Origin: Candidatus Poriferisodalis sp.
Lineage (GTDB): Bacteria > Actinomycetota > Acidimicrobiia > Acidimicrobiales > Poriferisodalaceae
DNA: 64,000 bases
Assembly: GCF_965237655.1 (NCBI RefSeq)
Contig: NZ_CBDEGB010000001.1
Coordinates: 756,033 to 820,032 of the forward strand
Direction: 5' to 3'
This document shows positions 56,792 to 64,000 of this stretch, in pieces (the stretch's first letter is position 1; each line of letters begins with the position of its first letter). Made by a program: the position numbers and the translations under genes. The notes below the pieces were generated by a model, which was not told the DNA's origin, did no database searches, and saw only the letters and a program-made list of their open reading frames with translations.

Positions 56792-57832
56792 ATGTCAAAC
56801 CAGGTCCTGCGAAAGCTCCTTCACGCAGGCTTGCTCTCCGCGCTCGGTGATGACGACCAGCGGCGAGAGCGGGCAGAGGCAGCGTCCGACCGTGTTGCCG
56901 AGTGGCTCGGCAGCGACGGCCGCTCCCAGTTGGCGGCATCGTTGATTCACTCGATTGACGAGTCGATCACGACGATCAACCATCCGGTCTTGAGCTTTGC
57001 TGACGAATGCCTGCTGGAGCAGTGGCCGTCGTTTCGCAATGCGTTCGCTGAGCCACCAGCTGAGCTCCTGCGAGCAACGGTGTTTCAAGCCGCCATCTCG
57101 GCGGCGGCTTCTGACCCGACACTCGAGGCCGTTCTCTCGTACGTGCTTCGGACAGCCGAGACGTTGAAGATCTCGGTAGGCAGATGGCAGGAGGTGGTGC
57201 GAGGTGAAGCCGAGAGGATCAACACGGCTGTCGAGAAGCGTTTGGAAGCCACATGGCTGCCCTCGCCGGCCGCAGGGAAGTTGCGAATGCCGCCGATGCC
57301 GGCATTGGAAGAATCTGGCGACGAGTCATCTGACTTGCGAGCTTTCGCGGAGAAAGTCGGTGGGAACCTCCGGTCGCAACTGGAGGCCCAGTGGGCCGTT
57401 GTCGGTGCGACCCAGTTGAGGGAGAGGCTGTTGTGGTGGCACCTCGCGGCGTACTCCGAGACTCTGAAGATGCGCTACGTCGAAGTGGAAGCCACCGCGA
57501 TCCGCTGCATCGCTGCAGCGGTCGATGTTTGGAGACTGTCGCCCGCCATTGCTCCGCGCGCCGTCGAGCATCTTCTCACGGCCACTGTCGACTCCACCTG
57601 TGAAAGGCAAGTCGCCGTTTCATTCGTGGATTTGGTGGAAGCATGGCAGCAGATCACCTCCGACCACGAGTTCGGTGTCGTTGATGGTGGCCTCGTGCTG
57701 GCTGCGCTTTCAAGTGGCGACGCAAGTGTGACGGGCTCAACCCTTCCGGAGACTCTCACGGCTTGTGATGTCGCCGCGATTGTGTATCGAGATCTTCAAG
57801 TCCTCCGACTGCTCAACGAGACGAACAGTTGA
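56792..57832 (+). CDS. All-helical protein, first gene of the GTPase operon (GASH-like by context)
   Basis: 346-aa A/L/E-rich ORF with no enzymatic motif. GGAGGGA lies 5 nt before the ATG. The family call rests on gene context only. Confidence 0.5.
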   Translation: MSNQVLRKLLHAGLLSALGDDDQRRERAEAASDRVAEWLGSDGRSQLAASLIHSIDESITTINHPVLSFADECLLEQWPSFRNAFAEPPAELLRATVFQAAISAAASDPTLEAVLSYVLRTAETLKISVGRWQEVVRGEAERINTAVEKRLEATWLPSPAAGKLRMPPMPALEESGDESSDLRAFAEKVGGNLRSQLEAQWAVVGATQLRERLLWWHLAAYSETLKMRYVEVEATAIRCIAAAVDVWRLSPAIAPRAVEHLLTATVDSTCERQVAVSFVDLVEAWQQITSDHEFGVVDGGLVLAALSSGDASVTGSTLPETLTACDVAAIVYRDLQVLRLLNETNS

Positions 57833-57850
57833 TCTGCAAGAGATGCGGCC

Positions 57851-58885
57851 TTGACGTCGATCGCTGATCCCTCACCCGAAGTGCCTGGTGGCGAACCGCT
57901 GGCTCACGGTCGGGCTCAAGCCGAGGCTCAAGATGTCGCCTTGGATCAGGCTGGTGGATGCACGAACCGGTACTGCTTTGCTCCTGATTCCAACTGCCAT
58001 CTCGGTGAACTCGAGATTGCCAGTTGCATCAACTGGCAACAGGACATTCCGATCCAGTCCGCTCCGATGGTCGAAGGTGAACGCCCGCCTTGGTCTGGGC
58101 TGGCCCTCGGAACCGTGGATGCAGGCGGCGTCGCTGCAACTCGGCGGGCACGGGTAGTCGCGCTAGTCGGAGGTACCGGCGCCGGCAAGACCTCGCTTCT
58201 TACGGCCATATTCACTCGGCTTCGGCATGGAAGCCCCATCGGTGGCCTGCGCTTTGCTGGCTCGTACACACTCTTGGGATGGGATCAGGTCACCTACCTC
58301 GCCGCATTCCCTCCAGAGGGCACACGAGGATTCCCTCCGCACACCACGAGCGGCCGCGAGCCGGCGCTGCTCCATGTCCGCCTCGCGTCCGGCTCGAGGG
58401 CGTTCTGGGACATCTACTTCACTGACGCCCCCGGGGAGTGGTTTGAAGAATGGGCCTATGAACCTGTCGAGATGCCTGGGGCGCAATGGATATCTGAGCG
58501 TGCGGACATGTTCGTGCTTCTGTCCGATTCCGCTGCGTTGTCAGGCGAGTCACGCGGCGCAGCACGCAACGCATACCGCGTGCTGGCAAGCCGGGTCTCC
58601 TCGGTCGCGAATGGGCGCGAGGTCTACCCAGTTAGGGCGAAGTACGACCTGATGTCCACGGTTGCCGCCGAAATTGACGAAGCGCTCAACAAGACGGACA
58701 TCGACCTCTTCGGGCAAACCGCCGCTCCTCTATCGGTGATCGCAGAATCTCCCGTGCCAGACGCACTCCATGTACTTGACGAGATCGTTCAACGGGTGAC
58801 CGCTCCTGCACAGTTGTCCGTTACCGATCCAAGACTGTCTTCGGACCCGTTCCTCAGTTATCGCAGCCCTTTGGCCAAGACATGA
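57851..58885 (+). CDS. P-loop GTPase-like protein A with a Cys-rich N-terminal extension
   Basis: Walker A GGTGAGKTS (58169-58195), FTDAPGEWF (DxxG-like) and VRAKYD (degenerate NKxD position). The TTG start is uncertain, with an alternative ATG at 58067. Confidence 0.65.
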   Translation: MTSIADPSPEVPGGEPLAHGRAQAEAQDVALDQAGGCTNRYCFAPDSNCHLGELEIASCINWQQDIPIQSAPMVEGERPPWSGLALGTVDAGGVAATRRARVVALVGGTGAGKTSLLTAIFTRLRHGSPIGGLRFAGSYTLLGWDQVTYLAAFPPEGTRGFPPHTTSGREPALLHVRLASGSRAFWDIYFTDAPGEWFEEWAYEPVEMPGAQWISERADMFVLLSDSAALSGESRGAARNAYRVLASRVSSVANGREVYPVRAKYDLMSTVAAEIDEALNKTDIDLFGQTAAPLSVIAESPVPDALHVLDEIVQRVTAPAQLSVTDPRLSSDPFLSYRSPLAKT

Positions 58886-59721
58886 GCTCAACAGGCGAAT
58901 CCGAAACCCCGGCCGAGCTCACCCTCATCATCGGAGGACCCGGCAGTGGGAAATCAACGTATCTGGTGCAACTGTTCGGTCGCCTCCAAGAAGGCTCCAG
59001 CGCTTTCTCGCTCGTCGACGCGCCAGAGAGCCTTGGCCCGGTCAGAGACGGGCTGAACCGTCTCGCCCAAGGGTTGCCAGTTCGCCATACCTCAACCGGG
59101 GCGGAACTCATCCAAGAACTCAAGACCGTAAGGAACGACGGTGCGGAAGTGCGGGTGTCCATCCCCGACTACCCGGGCGAAGCCGTTGACGAACTGGTTG
59201 CTCGTCGCCGTGTTCCTTTCCGCTGGCGCGATCTGGCCGTGGAATCCGCTCGATGGCTGCTGTTCGTTCGGGTCGAGCAGATGCCCGACCTCCCTGGTTT
59301 GCCCGCACGCGAAGTGTCGACCCCAAGCTCCCCCGACCTGCAACGCGAACTGCCCATGGACATCCGGCTAGTCGAGCTGCTCCAGATCTTGCGCCACGAA
59401 CGTCGACGGCGAAAGCCGTCTGCATCCGAGATGCCAGACCTAACGATCGTGATGTCGTGCTGGGATGAGATCTCAGATAAACCTGACGGCATTGCGCCGG
59501 CGTCCATCCTGCATGAGCGGGCACCGCTCATGCACTCGTATGCGGAAGCCAGCTGGGAGCCTGCCCGCTTGTCTGTCGTCGGGCTCTCGGCGCAAGGGCT
59601 TTCGCTCGAAGAGTCGAATCCGAACGCCCAGTTCATTGACCTCGGCCCCGAGTCGATGGGGTTCCTCGTGCGACAAGACGGGACGGTGACAGACGACCTC
59701 ACTGAACTCTTGGCACGATGA
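58882..59721 (+). CDS. P-loop GTPase-like protein B (paralogue of A)
   Basis: Walker A GGPGSGKST (58933-58959), IPDYPGEAV and VMSCWDE. ATGA overlaps at both ends. Confidence 0.65.
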   Translation: MSSTGESETPAELTLIIGGPGSGKSTYLVQLFGRLQEGSSAFSLVDAPESLGPVRDGLNRLAQGLPVRHTSTGAELIQELKTVRNDGAEVRVSIPDYPGEAVDELVARRRVPFRWRDLAVESARWLLFVRVEQMPDLPGLPAREVSTPSSPDLQRELPMDIRLVELLQILRHERRRRKPSASEMPDLTIVMSCWDEISDKPDGIAPASILHERAPLMHSYAEASWEPARLSVVGLSAQGLSLEESNPNAQFIDLGPESMGFLVRQDGTVTDDLTELLAR

Positions 59722-62669
59722 GTGAGCGATTCGGGTGGGCAAGATTCGGCGATGTGAACGGCGGGCACAACCTGATCGATGCGAATGGCATTGAGAGCGA
59801 TCTGCTCAGCGACATTCGCTGGCACACTGACCTGCCGCCTGCCGCACCGTCCGAATGGCCTGCGTTCTTCGCCGGCTACCCGATCGGGGACCAGTACGTC
59901 GTTCAGTTCACCCAGCCCGACACTCAAGCCAGCCGGCCCGGGATGGTCGCAACGACATTGGTCACGGTTGGCCTCAGCGAAGTTGGAAGGGTCGCGCTAG
60001 CAACCCTCCGACGGGCGTCTGCCCTGATCAGCGAACCCGCAGCCCCTCCGCACCGTCACGAACGCATAGACGGCCTCGGCGCTGTCTTGAACCTACTGGC
60101 GGGCTCAGGGCCGGCCTACTGGGTCGGAGACCCGACTTTCGGCCTACTGGTCGACCAACTCTGGGAAGTGCTGAATGCGGAAGATCGAGCGGCGCTCGTG
60201 TTCGGGGCGCTGTTCACGCCAACAAGCATTCCGTACCCACTGATCAGCGGAACAACGCACGGCGTCTACCGCGTGCCGGAGCATCTGCGCTCGAGATTCC
60301 AGACCAGATCGATAGTCAGCGCAGCGAATCCGCCTGTCGCCGGCGAGCCTGCCAGCGACATACTCGCTGGCAGGACGGGCATCGCAGCCGATCTCGGCAT
60401 CGAAACACCATCGCTTCGCCAGTGGCTCCATCTCTCGAAGGCAAACCGCTACTACAACCAAGCTGGCATCTCGAATCCCGATGAGCTCCGGTCCTGCGCT
60501 CATCTCGTCATGCTGCTCGCCCCTGAGCCAGAAGACGGCCTGTCGATCAAACAGCGGTTGGGCACGATGATCGTCGAGTCAAGTGCGAGCGCTCCCTTCT
60601 CGCATATCCGAGGTCTTCGCAGTATCGAGCTCGACGATCTAGGCGTTCAGCTCAGGGACGCCATCGATCCGTGGGCAGATGCAGTGATTCGGGACCCAAA
60701 CCGCATCGATGATCTCGAGGCCGCTTTGGCTGAGACGGCAGTCACCCCGTCGGATCCGCTCTCTTCCAAGTTGGAAGCCGCGCTAGCCGAGCAGATCGCA
60801 GCGAGCGGTCAGGCGATCATGGGCCACTTCGATGCTGCGCTGACTGTGGACAATCGAGCCGTATTCGCTGCGCTTGCCCGCCACCTTGACCGAACCCGGG
60901 GCGATTTGATGTTGGCATCCGTGAGCGCAATCGGTAGTCGAGATTGGACTCACGAGATTGCCCGACTTGAAGAGCTGCCCCTCTTCCACGCCAGCTCGTG
61001 CCCGACGGATGAGCCGATCGGTGCATTCAGCGCGCACCTATCAATCTCTGGACATTCGGCCGAGTCATGCGCGCGACTCGCAGCTAGGTGCAGGCCGCAG
61101 CACGTCGTATCGGCTGCGTGCGCCCTCGGGGCACCCGACCTCATCCCACTTGCTGCAAGAGCTGCTCTACAAGATGTTGACGCTCTCTTGCCGGCGCAGC
61201 CAGCCAACCGACACTGGCTGGACATCTGGGCGCATGCAGTTGACGGCGGTGCCGACCCATGGATCTGGCTCCAACCCGAGGAGGCTGTGGTGCCGGTTAT
61301 CGACGCTCTCATGGACGGCAATCAGTCCATGGCGAGGATTCTGACCGAACTGAGTAAGCACGACGACATCGATCTCGCCACTTACCCCAGACGAACTGAA
61401 GCATGGGGCATCATCCAAGAACCAGCACGCTCCCGCCTGCTCCGCCGCACTGCGGTCACAATTGTCCTCGAGGGCACGGTGACCGACGACCTCGAGCCGG
61501 CGCTGCGCAGCGCTGTTCTCAGCGCTGACGTCATGGCACGAGCAGCAGCCTCGGATGTCTCAGCGGCAATCGATGCCCTTGAGACACTCGCTGCGCATGC
61601 GAACTCCGATATCGCCAAAGCTGTAGTCAAGGCAGCCGATCTCGGAGTCGATGCTGACCGGTTCGCTGACCTCATCGTTCACCGAAGCTGGACAGGGGCA
61701 GCACGCTACGTCATCCGCAAGGCCCCGGACAGGCCGGATCTCGCGTCGATTGAAGGCAAGTGCCGGCAGGTCTTCCTCATGACCGTGGTCGACTGGTTTG
61801 ATGCCATGCTCGGTAGGTACCCGAAGCCAGTTCGCGCACGCCTCAGAAATGACACTCTGCCAGGAACGTTAGATGCGCTGATCGTCACAGCAATTCAGAT
61901 AGAGCGAAAGGCTGTTCGGAAACACCTCGAGGATTGGAAGTCTTTACGCCACAAGAAGATCACCGTCGACGTCGGAACATTCGAAGGCGGCGAGCGGACG
62001 CTCCGCGTCGGAGTCATTGAGGTCGGTCAAGGCAACATCGGCGCAGCCACCATCACGACGATGGCCGTGGAAGGGCTGCAGCCGCAGATCGTTCTGATGG
62101 TGGGTGTGGCCGGCGGAGTCAAGGATGTCGATATCGGCGATGTGGTCGCATCGAGCAAGATCTACTGGGCCGAATCCGGCAAGAGTGAGGCCGATCATGA
62201 GGCACCACGACCTGACCATGGACCTGTTTCACAAGACCTGGTTCAGGTCGCCCGAGATGTTGCCGCAGACGACACATGGAAATCCCGACGGCTGAGCGAA
62301 GCCGACGCGGCCTCAGCACCCAAGGCGATAGTCGCTCCGATTGTGGCGGGCGAGCGCGTCGTCGGGTCCAGAGATTCTGCAGATGCACGCCGAATCAAGG
62401 AGACCTACGGCGATGCCGTCGCAGTCGACATGGAAGATATGGGCGTCGCCACCGCAGCAGACTGGACTGGATCTAAGTGTTTGGCGATACGGGCCATATC
62501 CGACCTCCTCGACGGCAAGGCAGAGGCGGACGCGGGCGGCAGCCAACCAATCGCCGCTGCCAATGCAGCTGCTTTTGCATTCGAACTGCTCGCGAGATTC
62601 CACCACTCGACCTTCGAAGACGCACCATTTGACGAAACTGGCCCACTCACCCAAGACCTCGACAGCTAG
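59718..62669 (+). CDS. 983-aa scaffold protein (GAP1-like by context) with a C-terminal PNP/UDP-phosphorylase (MTA/SAH-nucleosidase-like) domain
   Basis: Residues about 716-960 (nt 61863-62597) hold ALIVTAIQIERKAV, MVGVAGG (62103-62117), VAPIVAGERVV and AVDMEDMGVA, the nucleosidase hallmarks. The N-terminal 700 aa has no recognised motif. Confidence 0.65.
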   Translation: MSERFGWARFGDVNGGHNLIDANGIESDLLSDIRWHTDLPPAAPSEWPAFFAGYPIGDQYVVQFTQPDTQASRPGMVATTLVTVGLSEVGRVALATLRRASALISEPAAPPHRHERIDGLGAVLNLLAGSGPAYWVGDPTFGLLVDQLWEVLNAEDRAALVFGALFTPTSIPYPLISGTTHGVYRVPEHLRSRFQTRSIVSAANPPVAGEPASDILAGRTGIAADLGIETPSLRQWLHLSKANRYYNQAGISNPDELRSCAHLVMLLAPEPEDGLSIKQRLGTMIVESSASAPFSHIRGLRSIELDDLGVQLRDAIDPWADAVIRDPNRIDDLEAALAETAVTPSDPLSSKLEAALAEQIAASGQAIMGHFDAALTVDNRAVFAALARHLDRTRGDLMLASVSAIGSRDWTHEIARLEELPLFHASSCPTDEPIGAFSAHLSISGHSAESCARLAARCRPQHVVSAACALGAPDLIPLAARAALQDVDALLPAQPANRHWLDIWAHAVDGGADPWIWLQPEEAVVPVIDALMDGNQSMARILTELSKHDDIDLATYPRRTEAWGIIQEPARSRLLRRTAVTIVLEGTVTDDLEPALRSAVLSADVMARAAASDVSAAIDALETLAAHANSDIAKAVVKAADLGVDADRFADLIVHRSWTGAARYVIRKAPDRPDLASIEGKCRQVFLMTVVDWFDAMLGRYPKPVRARLRNDTLPGTLDALIVTAIQIERKAVRKHLEDWKSLRHKKITVDVGTFEGGERTLRVGVIEVGQGNIGAATITTMAVEGLQPQIVLMVGVAGGVKDVDIGDVVASSKIYWAESGKSEADHEAPRPDHGPVSQDLVQVARDVAADDTWKSRRLSEADAASAPKAIVAPIVAGERVVGSRDSADARRIKETYGDAVAVDMEDMGVATAADWTGSKCLAIRAISDLLDGKAEADAGGSQPIAAANAAAFAFELLARFHHSTFEDAPFDETGPLTQDLDS

Positions 62670-62776
62670 GTGCCCCAAGCAAGGCCGCTGCGTCATCCTG
62701 AGACCGTCCCCGAGGCAGGCCATCTGCTCATCGCTCGACTGCTGGGCGTCGATGGCGATGTGGTTCTCGCTGGTCG

Positions 62777-63061
62777 GTGGCTCGAGCAAGAAGAGGTGAT
62801 GCTCTGGCCTCCGGTCCTGGCCACAACGCGTTCCGCGAATCGACCAAACGCGTTCCGCAAACCGTCGTAACGCGTTCCGCGGCCACCCAGCGGCATCTCG
62901 CTGACCTGCGAGAACACAGTTTCGCACCAACCCCACGAGGGCAATTCGCACACGTCCCCGAGAGGACGGCTGTCCGAAGTCTGCCCCTTTCGCAGCAGAG
63001 TTCGGCACGCCGTAGCGCTCGCGGCATCCTCGCCGAAGCTGACAAGATGGTTGAACCATGA
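62777..63061 (+). CDS. Possible HicA-like toxin
   Basis: ATGA overlap with the HicB-like gene. ...QRHLADLREHSFAPTPRGQFAHVPERTAVRSLPLS...ARGILAEA loosely follows the HicA pattern. The start is uncertain. Confidence 0.35.
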   Translation: MARARRGDALASGPGHNAFRESTKRVPQTVVTRSAATQRHLADLREHSFAPTPRGQFAHVPERTAVRSLPLSQQSSARRSARGILAEADKMVEP

Positions 63062-63297
63062 AACCTGACGTGACCACCTTGGGACATCGCGTCGAAGTTG
63101 TGCAATCTGGCGAGTGGTGGGCGACTACGGTTCCTTCGCTTCGGGGCGTCTTCTCGCAAGCGAGACACCTCGACGAGGTGCCGGCGGCCGCTTGCGAGGC
63201 GATCGCCCTGATGCTCGATGTTGATCCTGCCGACGTGGGGCCGATCGACGTGCGTGTGCAGCGGCAGCAGGGTGGGGCTGAGCTTCTGGCCGGGTAG
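63058..63297 (+). CDS. HicB-like (UPF0150) antitoxin-fold protein
   Basis: HRVEVVQSGEWWATTVPSLRGVFSQARHLDEVPAAACEAIALML fits the HicB N-domain pattern. No DNA-binding tail is present. Confidence 0.55.
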   Translation: MKPDVTTLGHRVEVVQSGEWWATTVPSLRGVFSQARHLDEVPAAACEAIALMLDVDPADVGPIDVRVQRQQGGAELLAG

Positions 63298-63375
63298 GGC
63301 CGTCGCCGGCAGCGTCGGCGGCATCGCGTCGTGGTTGCGGGCCTTCTCGGCGGGCCGGCAGACGATCGCCGGAGA

Positions 63376-64000
63376 TCACCCGAGATCACCGACGGCGCTC
63401 ACGAGGTCGATGATCCCGATCGAGGGGCGCACGCCGAATCGGAGCTGCGGGGCGTTGCCGCGCTCGCGGCCCACGCCGGTCGACACGTAGATCGGTGTCC
63501 CGTCCAGCTCATGCAGCCCGCCTGCGGCGACGTGCCTCGGCACGCTCGACAACGTCAGCGGCGGCCCGAGGATCGGCAACGAGACCTGCCCACCGTGGGT
63601 GTGGCCGGCTACCAGAAGATCGACAGGCGTCGCTTGCACCAACTCGATGGCGTCCGGCTTGTGCCCGACGAGGATCCGCACTCCGGCTTGCCCGTTGCCC
63701 GCGAGCCGCCGTGCCATCCGCCGAGCCGCCGCATCGTCGCCGAACAGCGTCGTGCCGCCGATGCTCACCGACACGCCCTTGAGCTCGAACGTGTCGAGCT
63801 CGTTGTCGAGCACCCTCGCACCGGTGCCCTCGGTGATCCGGCGGAGGCCCGCGACGGTGTCGGTGTTGCCGCTCACCAGGTACACGAGCGGCACATCGTC
63901 GACAATCCGCTCGATCAGCTGCGTGAATTGCGGTGCTCGCTCGTCCAGCAATTCGGCATCGAACTGGTACAGGTCGCCGGGCACCAGGACGATGTCGGGC
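63376..64000 (-). CDS. Metallophosphoesterase (5' end beyond the window)
   Basis: DIVLVPGDL at the window edge, then VSGNTD, LVGHKP and VAGHTHGGQ motifs. The frame is open to nt 64000. Confidence 0.75.
   Translation of the reverse strand, partial: PDIVLVPGDLYQFDAELLDERAPQFTQLIERIVDDVPLVYLVSGNTDTVAGLRRITEGTGARVLDNELDTFELKGVSVSIGGTTLFGDDAAARRMARRLAGNGQAGVRILVGHKPDAIELVQATPVDLLVAGHTHGGQVSLPILGPPLTLSSVPRHVAAGGLHELDGTPIYVSTGVGRERGNAPQLRFGVRPSIGIIDLVSAVGDLG

Overview
High-GC (Actinomycetota-like) chromosomal window in two parts. Part 1 (about 1-20.1 kb) is mostly ordinary core. It holds a small PIN-like (DUF5615) toxin locus and a type IIG/IIL restriction-modification gene broken by two frameshifts. 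The rest is a MacB-type ABC exporter pair, a large zinc-ribbon/adenylate-cyclase/AAA/TPR regulator, a fatty-acid/CoA cluster (B12-binding subunit, 3-hydroxybutyryl-CoA dehydrogenase, phosphotransferase, enoyl-CoA hydratase), an HtrA-like protease, an MFS pump, a DsbB-like protein, a DM13 protein, an F420-type LLM oxidoreductase and tRNA-Arg(CCT). Part 2 (about 20.2-64 kb) starts directly beside the tRNA and is an accessory, defence-island-like region. It carries four delimitable IS copies (IS3 x2, IS21, one IS3/IS481-like), an IS982 and an IS110 transposase. It also has a DDE transposase paired with a degenerate recombinase-like gene, plus IS5-like and ISL3 remnants. Between the IS elements lie conflict-type genes: a TGT/DpdA-like gene cleanly split by an IS3, an OLD/PARIS-like ATPase-TOPRIM protein facing a PP2C plus metallophosphoesterase pair, and an orphan frameshifted AbiEii toxin. 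There are also a NYN protein, an LRV-repeat/MoxR/VWA operon, TIGR02391 and DUF4268 proteins and a HicAB-like pair. The most interesting item is a translationally coupled four-gene operon at 56792-62669. It encodes a helical protein, two paralogous P-loop GTPase-like proteins and a 983-aa scaffold ending in a PNP/MTAN-type nucleosidase domain. I interpret it as an experimentally uncharacterised GTPase-switched nucleotide-depletion (abortive infection) system. All family calls come from motif reading by eye, with no database search.
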